NCBI GenBank assembly: GCA_036004525.1
Contig: DASYRJ010000017.1
Location: 3,853-67,852, forward strand
Direction: 5' to 3'
DNA: 64,000 nucleotides
From: Gemmatimonadales bacterium
Lineage (GTDB): Bacteria > Gemmatimonadota > Gemmatimonadetes > Gemmatimonadales > GWC2-71-9
Position numbers and translations under genes: made by a program. Below are positions 8,475 to 17,700 of this stretch, piece by piece. Under the pieces are notes generated by a model that was not told the DNA's origin, did no database searches, and saw only the letters and a list, made by a program, of their open reading frames with translations. Each line of letters begins with the position of its first letter. Within the stretch, counting starts at the first letter, position 1.

Positions 8475-10739
8475 ATGCATCGCGTGCCGCTGCTCCTCGC
8501 GACCGCCCTGGCCGCCGCGCGGGGCTTGCCGGGGCAGGTCCCTCCCGCCGCAACCGAGATGCTGCGCCGCATCTACGCGTCGCGCGAATTCGCACCCGAT
8601 CGCTTCGGCCCCGCCCGTTGGATCGAGCGCGGCACGGCGTACACGACGCTCGAGCCCTCGGAGGCCGTCCGGGAGGGGGGCGCGTCCGACATCGTGCGCT
8701 ATGAGACCGCGACCGGGGCCCGCAGCGTGCTGGTGTCGGCGCGGCGCCTCGTCCCCCCCGGCGATAGTGTGCCCCTCGAGATCGACGATTACAGCTGGTC
8801 GGGCGACGGCACGCAGCTCCTCTTGTTCACGAACTCGCGCCGGGTGTGGCGGCAGAACACGCGCGGCGACTACTGGGTCTTGAACCGCACCACCTGGGCG
8901 CTGCGCCGGCTGGGCGGCCGCGACGCGCCCGAATCATCCCTCATGTACGCCAAGTTCTCCCCGCAGGGCGACCGCGTCGCCTACGTCCGCCAGGGCGACG
9001 TGTACGTGGAGCGCGTGGCCGACGGCACGATCACCCGGCTGACCACCGGGGCCGACTCGCTCCACGTGAACGGCATGAGCGACTGGGTCTACGAGGAGGA
9101 GTTCGACCTGCGCGACGGATTCCGCTGGTCGCCCGACGGGACGAGAATCGCCTACTGGCACTTCGACATGACCGGCGTGCGGACCTTCACGCTGATCAAC
9201 AACACCGACTCCCTGTACCCCTTCACGACGCCGATTCAGTACCCCAAGGCCGGTACCGCGAACTCGGCCGTGACGGCGGGAGTCGTGAGCGCCGCCGGCG
9301 GGCCCACCACCTGGCTCCGCCTCGAGGACGACCCGCGCGACAACTACCTGCCGCGCATGGAGTGGGCGGGCACGTCCAGCGAGCTCGTGCTGCAGCGCGT
9401 GAATCGCCTTCAGAATACCGATCGCGTGCTGCTCGCCGACGCGACCACCGGCGCGGTCCGAACCGTCCTCACCGAGCGCGACAGCGCGTGGCTGGACGTG
9501 GTGGACGACCTGCGGTGGCTGGGAGGAGGCGCGCGGTTCGTCTGGGTGAGCGAGCGCGACGGGTGGCGTCACGTGTACCTGGTGTCGCGCGACGGCCGGA
9601 CCGTGCGCCTCGTGACGCCGGGGGCCTTCGACGTGATTGCCGTGGCCGCCATAGACGAGCCGGGCGGGTGGCTCTACTACGTCGCCTCCCCGGACAACGC
9701 GACGCAACGCTATCTCTTCCGGACGCGACTCGACGGCGCCGGCGCGCCCGAACGCGTCTCGCCGGCCCGCCAGCCCGGGACCCACCGCTACGACATCTCG
9801 CCGGACGCCCACTGGGCATTTCACACCTACTCCACGTTCGACACGCCCCCCGTAATCGAGCTGGTGCGGTTGCCGGGACATCAGGTCGTGCGCTCGCTGG
9901 CGACGAACGCCGTATTGCGGGACCGGGTCGCCCCCCTGATCACCCGGAGGACGGAGTTCTTCCAGGTGACGCTCGAGGACGGCGCCACGCTCGACGGCTG
10001 GATGGTCCGGCCGCGCACCTTCGATTCGACCAGGACCTATCCGCTGCTGATGCATGTGTATGGGGAGCCGGCGGGTCAGACCGTGCTGGACTCCTGGGGC
10101 GGGGCCGGGCAGCTGTGGCACCGCATGCTCGCCGACCAGGGCTATGTCGTGGCCAGCGTAGACAACCGCGGCACGCCGGCACCCAAGGGTCGCGCGTGGC
10201 GCAAAGTCGTCTATGGCGAGATCGGCGTGCTCTCCTCCCGCGAGCAGGCCGACGCCGTGCGCGCGCTGGTACGCTCCCGCTCGTACCTCGACTCGACGCG
10301 CGTCGGCATCTGGGGGTGGAGCGGCGGGGGGTCGAGCACCTTGCAGGCGCTGTTCCGCTATCCCGGCGTCTACCAGGTGGGGATGAGCGTTGCGCCCGTG
10401 CCCGACGAGCGGCTGTACGACACGATCTACCAGGAACGCTACATGGGGCTGCCGCAGCAAAACGCGGCGGGTTACGACTCGGCCTCCGCCATCAACCACG
10501 CGGATGGCCTGCGCGGCCGGCTGCTGGTCGTGCACGGCTCGGGCGACGACAACGTGCACTTTCAGGGGACGCAGCGGCTGCTCAACCGCTTGATCGTGCT
10601 GGGCAAACCGGTGGACTTCATGGAGTACCCGAACCGTAGCCATTGCATCTGCGAGGGCCGCGGCACCACGCTGCACGTGTACACGCTGCTCACGCGCTAC
10701 CTGCTCGAGCATCTGCCGCCCGGGCCGAGGAACAGGTGA
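8475..10739 (+). CDS. S9B dipeptidyl-peptidase IV family serine peptidase
   Basis: Signal peptide; DWVYEEE, YPKAG, GWSGGG nucleophile, DDNVH. Confidence 0.92.
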   Translation: MHRVPLLLATALAAARGLPGQVPPAATEMLRRIYASREFAPDRFGPARWIERGTAYTTLEPSEAVREGGASDIVRYETATGARSVLVSARRLVPPGDSVPLEIDDYSWSGDGTQLLLFTNSRRVWRQNTRGDYWVLNRTTWALRRLGGRDAPESSLMYAKFSPQGDRVAYVRQGDVYVERVADGTITRLTTGADSLHVNGMSDWVYEEEFDLRDGFRWSPDGTRIAYWHFDMTGVRTFTLINNTDSLYPFTTPIQYPKAGTANSAVTAGVVSAAGGPTTWLRLEDDPRDNYLPRMEWAGTSSELVLQRVNRLQNTDRVLLADATTGAVRTVLTERDSAWLDVVDDLRWLGGGARFVWVSERDGWRHVYLVSRDGRTVRLVTPGAFDVIAVAAIDEPGGWLYYVASPDNATQRYLFRTRLDGAGAPERVSPARQPGTHRYDISPDAHWAFHTYSTFDTPPVIELVRLPGHQVVRSLATNAVLRDRVAPLITRRTEFFQVTLEDGATLDGWMVRPRTFDSTRTYPLLMHVYGEPAGQTVLDSWGGAGQLWHRMLADQGYVVASVDNRGTPAPKGRAWRKVVYGEIGVLSSREQADAVRALVRSRSYLDSTRVGIWGWSGGGSSTLQALFRYPGVYQVGMSVAPVPDERLYDTIYQERYMGLPQQNAAGYDSASAINHADGLRGRLLVVHGSGDDNVHFQGTQRLLNRLIVLGKPVDFMEYPNRSHCICEGRGTTLHVYTLLTRYLLEHLPPGPRNR

Positions 10740-10740
10740 C

Positions 10741-12327
10741 ATGCACATCGCGCTCATCGCCACGCTCGCGCTCGCTCTCCCCCAGGACCGAGGGGCAGAG
10801 CCGGCCATCATTCCGGCACCCGCCCAGCTGACCCTGGGCACGGGCACGTTCACCCTGACGGCGTCCACGGTCATCACTACCGACCCGGCGATGCGGGAGG
10901 TGGGATACGGCCTGGCCGCGTATCTCTTCCCCTCCACCAGCTATCGCCTTCCGGTTCGGGCTGCTGCCGCGGGCGCGACCCGCGTCATCGCCATCCGCAG
11001 CGATGCCTCGCTCGCCCGGCTCGGCGACGAGGGATACCGGCTCGAGGTCACGCCGAGCCGCGTGACGATCCGCGCCTTCTCGCCGGCGGGCGCGTTCTAC
11101 GCCGTGCAGACGCTGCGGCAGCTCCTGCCGGTGGCGATCTTCCGCCAGGCCACGGTCGCAGGTGTGCGGTGGACGATTCCAGCCGTCGTGATCGAAGACA
11201 CCCCGCGGTTCGCGTGGCGCGGCGCGCACCTCGACGTGGCGCGACACTTCATGCCGAAGGAGTTCGTCAAGAAATACATCGACCTGCTGGCGCTCCATAA
11301 GCTCAACCGGTTCCACTGGCACCTCACCGACGACCAGGGCTGGCGCATCGAGATCCTCAAGTACCCGCGGCTCACCCAGGTCGGCGCGTGGCGCACGCAG
11401 ACCATCGTGGGCAAGCCCGACGACGATTCGACCAAATGGACGTTCGACGGCCGCCCGCACGGCGGGTTCTACACGCAGGATGACATTCGCGAGATCGTCG
11501 CCTACGCGCGGGCGCGGTTCATCACGGTCGTGCCCGAGATCGAGATGCCCGGGCACTCTCAGGCGGCGATCGCGGCGTACCCGGAGCTCGGGAATACCGG
11601 CAACCCGATCCCCGTCTGGACGGCGTGGGGCGTGTCCGAGAACATCCTGAAGCCCGAGGACGCAACGATCCGGTTCTACCAGGACGTCCTGACCGAAGTG
11701 ATGGCCTTGTTCCCGAGCCGCTGGATCCACGTCGGTGGCGACGAGGCCGACAAGGCGCAGTGGCTCGCGCTGCGCGGGCTCAGCCTCCCGGACGCGCAGG
11801 CGATGCAGAGCTGGTTCATCCATCAGATGGATGCGTTCCTGACGGCGCGCGGCCGCACGCTCGTGGGATGGGACGAAATCCTCGAAGGGGGCCTCGCGCC
11901 CAACGCGGTCGTGATGTCGTGGCGGGGAACGGAGGGGGGTATCGCGGCGGCCCAGGCGGGGCACGACGTGGTCATGGCGCCCGGCTCACACACCTACTTC
12001 GATCATTACGAGACGCTGGACACGGCGCAGGAGCCGCTCGCGATCGGCGGCTATCTCCCGCTCGACACCGTGTACTCCTACGACCCCGTCCCGGACACGC
12101 TCACCGCTGCCGAAGCGCACCACGTCCTCGGCGCGCAGGGCCAGCTCTGGACCGAATATGTGCCCGATCCCAAGCAGGCCGAGTACATGGCGTTCCCCCG
12201 GTTGTGCGCGCTCGCCGAGGTCGTGTGGACGCCGCCCGCCAGGAAAGACTTTGCGGACTTCACCGCGCGGCTGACGACGCACCTCCGGCGGTTGTCCATC
12301 CTGGACGTCAAATACCGCCCGCGGTAG
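10741..12327 (+). CDS. GH20 beta-N-acetylhexosaminidase
   Basis: PRFAWRG.HLDVARHF, HWHLTDDQGWRIEI, PEIEMPGH, HVGGDE catalytic pair, LWTEY. Confidence 0.93.
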   Translation: MHIALIATLALALPQDRGAEPAIIPAPAQLTLGTGTFTLTASTVITTDPAMREVGYGLAAYLFPSTSYRLPVRAAAAGATRVIAIRSDASLARLGDEGYRLEVTPSRVTIRAFSPAGAFYAVQTLRQLLPVAIFRQATVAGVRWTIPAVVIEDTPRFAWRGAHLDVARHFMPKEFVKKYIDLLALHKLNRFHWHLTDDQGWRIEILKYPRLTQVGAWRTQTIVGKPDDDSTKWTFDGRPHGGFYTQDDIREIVAYARARFITVVPEIEMPGHSQAAIAAYPELGNTGNPIPVWTAWGVSENILKPEDATIRFYQDVLTEVMALFPSRWIHVGGDEADKAQWLALRGLSLPDAQAMQSWFIHQMDAFLTARGRTLVGWDEILEGGLAPNAVVMSWRGTEGGIAAAQAGHDVVMAPGSHTYFDHYETLDTAQEPLAIGGYLPLDTVYSYDPVPDTLTAAEAHHVLGAQGQLWTEYVPDPKQAEYMAFPRLCALAEVVWTPPARKDFADFTARLTTHLRRLSILDVKYRPR

Positions 12328-13785
12328 CTACGGCAGGGTAGGCGCACACGGATTCCGCTCGATCCGATAGACGGCCACCTCCCCGTTGCGCCAGAGCGGG
12401 CGGAGGTCGTCCGGGTATTGGTCCACGAACCGGTGCAGGTAGGCGACGTCGAATTCGGGCTGATCGGGACCGGTGACGACGTAGGATGCGCCGATCTCCG
12501 CGAAGTAACGCCACAGGAGACAGGGATCGGCGGGGTCGAACGGGGCGGACGCTTTTCGCCCGGTGTACAACGCCAACGCCCGCGGCTTGCTGAAGACGAA
12601 CACCGCGTTCGAATCCGTGGCCGTCTTGACGAAATCGAAGAACGCCACGTTTTCCGGCCGGGCGACGCCGGTCGGAAACCCGCCGAACTGCACCCTCGAG
12701 TACTGAGCGGCGTACGTCACCGCCGCCGCGGCCGACAAGCCGGCGAGGACGAGATGCTTCCTCCCCCAGCGGCGTGCGACGGTTTCATCCAGATCGCGCG
12801 TTCCGCGGAGACAATAAAGCAAGTAGAACGGGATCACCGGGATCAGGAAGCGGATGCCCTGAAACGACGGCCAGGCGATGACGGGAGCGAGGTACAGCCA
12901 GGGGAACACGTCCGGCCAGCCCGCCTCCCGCATGCCCACCCGGAGCGCGTTGGCGTAGCCCAGCGCAGCGAGACCGCTCGAGGCCAGGAAGAACGCCTTC
13001 CGCGCGACGTCGGAGTACCCGTTCGTCCACAAGTCGGAGAGAGACCGGGCGTAATCGAGCGCGTTCCGCTCGAGGAGGGCCGGCGTCACCGTCAGCTGAT
13101 CGAGGTAGCTGCGATCGCCGAGCCACACGAAGTATTGCGCGGCGGCCAGGAGGACGAAGACGGCGCATGCGGCCATGGCCGGCGCGCCGACCCGCCGGCG
13201 GCGAATCAGGTCGTGCGCCAGGAAGGTCGGGACCAGCACGACACCCAGCACCCTCGTCGCGTAGGCGGCGTAGGCGAAGAGCCCCGCCAGCAGTCCTGAG
13301 ATCATGCGACGCCGTCCGGGCGCGTCCGCCGCTGACGCCTGGGCGAACCAGGCGAAGCTCGACAGGACAAGGCAGAGAAACGGCAAGTCCGCGAGCACGT
13401 GGTCCTTGGCGTCCCACACGACCGGATTGAGGCCGGTGAGCAGGACGAGCACCTCGAGGTGCGGCGAGGGCAGCACGCCGCGAAACAGATGGAGGAGCAA
13501 GAGGAGCGATCCGGCGAGCGACAGGACGACGAGGACCTGCATGGGCCACAGGGCCCGCCCGAATAGTCTTACGATGGGCGCGAGCAGCAGCGGGAACCCG
13601 GGGGGATAGGTCCGCGGGCCGACCACGGGATTGTGGAGGTTGTAGATGTAGCCCGTTTCGGCGTACGGGATGCCGCGGGCCAGGTTCTCAGCATGATGGA
13701 TGTACATGCTGAAGTCGTCGCCCCAGTCCTGACCCGCCCTGATCGTCGCGAGGTGGAAAGCGCCGACGAAGGCGACGCAGAGCAC
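12328..13785 (-). CDS. Multi-pass membrane glycosyltransferase (GT-C, ArnT/PMT-like)
   Basis: WGDDFSMY...YPPGFPLLL N-terminal motif and many TM helices; start uncertain (GTG 13785 or CTG 13836). Confidence 0.65.
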   Translation of the reverse strand: MLCVAFVGAFHLATIRAGQDWGDDFSMYIHHAENLARGIPYAETGYIYNLHNPVVGPRTYPPGFPLLLAPIVRLFGRALWPMQVLVVLSLAGSLLLLLHLFRGVLPSPHLEVLVLLTGLNPVVWDAKDHVLADLPFLCLVLSSFAWFAQASAADAPGRRRMISGLLAGLFAYAAYATRVLGVVLVPTFLAHDLIRRRRVGAPAMAACAVFVLLAAAQYFVWLGDRSYLDQLTVTPALLERNALDYARSLSDLWTNGYSDVARKAFFLASSGLAALGYANALRVGMREAGWPDVFPWLYLAPVIAWPSFQGIRFLIPVIPFYLLYCLRGTRDLDETVARRWGRKHLVLAGLSAAAAVTYAAQYSRVQFGGFPTGVARPENVAFFDFVKTATDSNAVFVFSKPRALALYTGRKASAPFDPADPCLLWRYFAEIGASYVVTGPDQPEFDVAYLHRFVDQYPDDLRPLWRNGEVAVYRIERNPCAPTLP

Positions 13786-13832
13786 TCCGCGCGAGAGGCC
13801 GGCGCGCCGCCGCGCCCGCGGCGGCGCTTCCG

Positions 13833-15167
13833 TCAGACGCTCCAACCCGTGCGGTACTCCGGCCGGATGTACTCGGGCGGCACGGCCGCATTCGCGACCT
13901 CGCCGCTCTGCGCATTGATCTCGAGCACCTGTGCGGTGCGCAGTGCGAGGTTGCCGAAGAGCACCATCTCGGTCAGCGGACCCGCGTGGTCCGGGAAGTT
14001 GGAGCCCGCCGGTGTCCCGCCCTTGCACGCCGCGATCCACTCGGCGTACACGCCCTCGGTGCGCGGGTACTTCTGCGCCGGCGGATGCGCCGTGATGTCG
14101 GCCATGCGTGCCTCGTCCAGGAGCTTCGGGTTCTCCCCGTAAATCCCGGCGATGAGCTTGCCCTGGTCGCCGATCCACAGCTGGCCGCTCGTGTCGAACG
14201 GCCACGCGAGCGGGTCGGCGATTTCCTTCGGCCGCGGCGGGTACAGGCTGCCGTCGCGCCACACGACCTTCACCTCGGGCCGGTTGCCCTTCGCTGGGAA
14301 GAAGTAGGTGAGGCGGGAGACGGCCGGCGCCGTCTCACTGAACAGCTTGGTCGATTCGGGCTCGATGCGCGTGGGATATCCGAGGTCGAGCGCCCAGAAC
14401 GACGCGTCCATCGCGTGGCACGCGATGTCGCCCAGAGCGCCCGTGCCGAAGTCCCACCAGCCGCGCCACTTGAACGGCGCGTACGCGGGGTGATAGGGCC
14501 GGGCGGGGGCGGGGCCGAGCCACAGGTCCCAGTCGATCCAGGGCGGCGTGTAGTACTCCTCGAGCGGCCGCTCGATCGCCTGCGGCCAGATGGGCCGGTT
14601 GGTCCACAGCTGGATCTCCCGCACCGTGCCGATGGCGCCGGCTTCGACCCACTCGCGGATGAGGCGCGTGCCCTCCTCCGCGTGGCCCTGATTCCCCATC
14701 TGGGTCGCGATCTTGTGCCTGCGCGCCTCCTGCACCAGCTGGCGCACCTCCCACAGGCTGCGGGCGAGCGGCTTCTGGATGCGGGTGTGCTTGCCAAGCT
14801 TCATCGCCATCATGCCGGCGACGGCGTGCACGTGGTCGGGCGTCGAGACGGTCACCGCGTCGATGTTCTTGGCTTCCTTCTCCAGCATGACCCGAAAGTC
14901 CTTGAAACGCTTCGCTTTGGGGAACGCCGCGAACGACTGCGCCGCCTGCTTGTCGTCCACGTCGCACAACGCGTAGATGTTCTCCGTCTTGCCGACGCCG
15001 CGGACGTCGTTCGCTCCCATGCCGCCCACGCCGATGCACGCGATGTTCAGCTTGTCGCTGGGCGCAGTGAATCCGCGCCCCAACACGTGGCGCGGCACGA
15101 TGGTGAAGCTCATGCCGGCCGCGACGTCGCCTACGAACTTGCGCCTCGAGATCCGCTTGCGCGCCAT
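13833..15167 (-). CDS. Tat-exported Gfo/Idh/MocA oxidoreductase
   Basis: ISRRKFV Tat motif; APSDKLNIACIGVGGMG, STPDH.H, QMGNQG, WRGWWDFGTGALGD. Confidence 0.9.
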   Translation of the reverse strand: MARKRISRRKFVGDVAAGMSFTIVPRHVLGRGFTAPSDKLNIACIGVGGMGANDVRGVGKTENIYALCDVDDKQAAQSFAAFPKAKRFKDFRVMLEKEAKNIDAVTVSTPDHVHAVAGMMAMKLGKHTRIQKPLARSLWEVRQLVQEARRHKIATQMGNQGHAEEGTRLIREWVEAGAIGTVREIQLWTNRPIWPQAIERPLEEYYTPPWIDWDLWLGPAPARPYHPAYAPFKWRGWWDFGTGALGDIACHAMDASFWALDLGYPTRIEPESTKLFSETAPAVSRLTYFFPAKGNRPEVKVVWRDGSLYPPRPKEIADPLAWPFDTSGQLWIGDQGKLIAGIYGENPKLLDEARMADITAHPPAQKYPRTEGVYAEWIAACKGGTPAGSNFPDHAGPLTEMVLFGNLALRTAQVLEINAQSGEVANAAVPPEYIRPEYRTGWSV

Positions 15168-15171
15168 AGGG

Positions 15172-16410
15172 CTAATCCTCCCCGTGTGCTGCCGTCGCCG
15201 CGGCGACGGGCTGGGACCGAAACAGCGTTGCGAAAAAGAGCAAGACGACGGCGGCAAAGCCGGCCGGCAGGATCCAGAAGCTGGACCACTGCTGGAGGGT
15301 CAGGCTCGTCGCGCCGCCGAGGAACCGGTTGTACACGTTGCCGGCCACCTGTGCGCCGATGAGCATGCCCACGCCGTAGGTGACCAGCACGAGAAATCCC
15401 TGCGCCTGGCCGCGAACCGCGGGGGTCGACTTCTTGTCCACGTAGATCTGGCCGGTCACGAAAAAGAAATCGTAGCAGACGCCGTGGAGCAGAATACCGA
15501 CGAAAATCAGCGGGAAGACGGCGGCGGGCGCCGCGAGAGCAAAGAGCGCATAGCGCAGCACCCACGCGCCCATGCCCACGAGCAGCATCTTCTTCACGCC
15601 GAGCCGCGCGAAAAAGAGCGGCATGAGGAGCATGAAGCCCGTTTCGGAGATCTGGCCCCAGGTCTGCGTCGCCGCAATCTTCGTGACGCCGGCGTCGCCC
15701 AGGAAGATTTGCGTGAAGTTGTAGTAGGCAGCGAGCGGGATGCACAACAGCAACGATGCGACGATGAAGACGTAGAAGGCGCGGTCACCGAGCTGGCTCA
15801 GCGCGTCGAGACCGACAATGCTGCGCAGCGAGACGCGCTGGCCGGCGCCCGGCGGGGGCGTGTGGGGGAGCGTGAAGCTGAAGAGCCCCAGCAGTACGCT
15901 CGCGGTGGCGGTGGTGTAAATGGGAAGCGGCGTTTGTTCCGCCACGGCGCCCATGAGTGGGCCGAGCACCCAACTAATGAAGAGCCCGGCCACGATCCAT
16001 CCAACGGTGCCGAAGACGCGGATGAGCGGGAACTGCTGCTCCTGCGACTGGATGTGGTGGAACGCCAGGCTGTTCGCGAGGCCGAGCGTCGGCATGTAGC
16101 ACAGGTTGTAGAGCAGCAGGAGCAGAATAAACACGGTCGGCGCGCCGGAAGCCTGCGGCACCACGAACATCACGACGGCGCCCAGCAGGTGGAGCACCCC
16201 CAGCACTTTCTCGGTCGCGAAGTAGCGGTCGGCGACGAGCCCGAGGAAGAACGGCGCGGCAATGGCCGCGATGGGGTTCACCGTATAGGGCCAGTGCGTG
16301 AGCGTCGCCATCCCATGGTGGGTCATGTACACCGCCATCGTCGTATACCAGGCACCCCAGATGAAGAACTGGAGGAACATCATCGTCGACAGCCTGGCGC
16401 GCACGCTCAC
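15172..16410 (-). CDS. MFS nucleoside:H+ symporter family permease (NupG/YegT-like)
   Basis: LSTMMFLQFFIWGAW, FP.IRVFGTVGWI, LHGVCYDFFFVTGQIY. Confidence 0.88.
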   Translation of the reverse strand: MSVRARLSTMMFLQFFIWGAWYTTMAVYMTHHGMATLTHWPYTVNPIAAIAAPFFLGLVADRYFATEKVLGVLHLLGAVVMFVVPQASGAPTVFILLLLLYNLCYMPTLGLANSLAFHHIQSQEQQFPLIRVFGTVGWIVAGLFISWVLGPLMGAVAEQTPLPIYTTATASVLLGLFSFTLPHTPPPGAGQRVSLRSIVGLDALSQLGDRAFYVFIVASLLLCIPLAAYYNFTQIFLGDAGVTKIAATQTWGQISETGFMLLMPLFFARLGVKKMLLVGMGAWVLRYALFALAAPAAVFPLIFVGILLHGVCYDFFFVTGQIYVDKKSTPAVRGQAQGFLVLVTYGVGMLIGAQVAGNVYNRFLGGATSLTLQQWSSFWILPAGFAAVVLLFFATLFRSQPVAAATAAHGED

Positions 16411-17123
16411 GGCAGCACGCGGATCTTGATGTTCCGGAACGCCACACGGAACTCGTGCTCCTGCAGCCCGATGTACCCCTCGGCGTTGCGCCCGTAGTGC
16501 GGATGCGGCGCGAATTTGCTCGCCTTGACCTTCGCCTCCCAATCCGGGCTACCCAACTCGTACTCGACGACCTTCACGCCGTTGAGCCAGTGCTCGATGT
16601 GATTCCCATTCGCCACGATGCGGACCTGGTTCCATTGGCCGGCGGGCTTCACGACCCCCGGCGGCGACGGATACAAGCCGTAATCGGCTCCGGCCGACGT
16701 GAGGCGCGACTGGCCATCGGGGTGCCCGGCATCGTCCAGGATCTGCATCTCGGGCGCGGTCCAGTAGATCGCGTCGTCATCCTCGCTGGCGCGGTAGAAG
16801 ATCCCGCTGTTGCCGCCGGGCGCCACGTTCCACTCGAGCGACAGCTCGAAGTTCTTGAACTTCTCGGTCGTGATGATGTCGGCGGCGGGGCGCACCCGCG
16901 TGAGCGCGCCTTCCCGGACCCCCCACCCCGACGGCATCGAGTCCATTTGCCACCCGCGCCAACCGACCGTACTGTGACCGTCGAACAGCAGGCGCCAGCC
17001 GGCGGCGCGTTCTTCCGGCGTGAGCGTGTTGAGCCGCGCGGCGGCGCTCCCCGAAGCCGCCTGCTGGGCGAGGGCCATGTGGGGCGCGATCAAAAGCAGG
17101 GCCGCCGCCTTCAAGTGGTTCAT
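16407..17123 (-). CDS. Second DUF1080 domain protein, secreted
   Basis: Signal peptide; GWRLLFDG, FELSLEW, GNSGIFY, PEMQILD, HWLNG, GLQEH..VAFRNIKI. Confidence 0.88.
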   Translation of the reverse strand: MNHLKAAALLLIAPHMALAQQAASGSAAARLNTLTPEERAAGWRLLFDGHSTVGWRGWQMDSMPSGWGVREGALTRVRPAADIITTEKFKNFELSLEWNVAPGGNSGIFYRASEDDDAIYWTAPEMQILDDAGHPDGQSRLTSAGADYGLYPSPPGVVKPAGQWNQVRIVANGNHIEHWLNGVKVVEYELGSPDWEAKVKASKFAPHPHYGRNAEGYIGLQEHEFRVAFRNIKIRVLP

Positions 17124-17206
17124 GTTCTGCTCCTCTCGCTTGGGGGGGGATGGGGCTCAACACTACGTCCCGCCGGGCGGCAGCGGAAGTTGCACAGGCG
17201 CCACGG

Positions 17207-17665
17207 TCAGGCGGGGATGCCGGCCAGTTCTTTCAGCCGGGTCTGGACGGCCCGCCGGGCCCGCTCGCCGCGGGCGATGACCAGGATGGCATCGTCGCCC
17301 GCGATGGTCCCGATGATTTCCGCCCATCCCGCCCCGTCGAGCGCCAGAGCCAGCGCCTGGGCCGCCCCCGTTGCGGTCTTGAGAACCAGTAGGGGCCCCA
17401 CCCCGTCGGCCGAGACCAGCATCGTGGGGAGGAGCTGCTCGAGATGGGGCCGCACGCCCGCGGGACCCTCGGCAGGGGGAGAGTAGTGGGAGCCGCCGTC
17501 GGGGGCCGAGACCTTGGCGAGACCCAGCTCGCGGATGTCCCGCGACAACGTCGCCTGGGTGACGTCGAACCCTTCGGCCACGAGCAGCTCGCGGAGCTGC
17601 TCCTGGCTGCCCACCCGGTCCCGCCGGACGATCTTCAGGATGGCCGCGTGCCGCTGGGTCTTCAT
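17207..17665 (-). CDS. argR: Arginine repressor
   Basis: SQEQL, VTQATLSRDIREL, GTIAGDD. Confidence 0.93.
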   Translation of the reverse strand: MKTQRHAAILKIVRRDRVGSQEQLRELLVAEGFDVTQATLSRDIRELGLAKVSAPDGGSHYSPPAEGPAGVRPHLEQLLPTMLVSADGVGPLLVLKTATGAAQALALALDGAGWAEIIGTIAGDDAILVIARGERARRAVQTRLKELAGIPA

Positions 17666-17700
17666 GGGGGGCAAATCTAGCGCGCCCCGCGAGATCCGGC

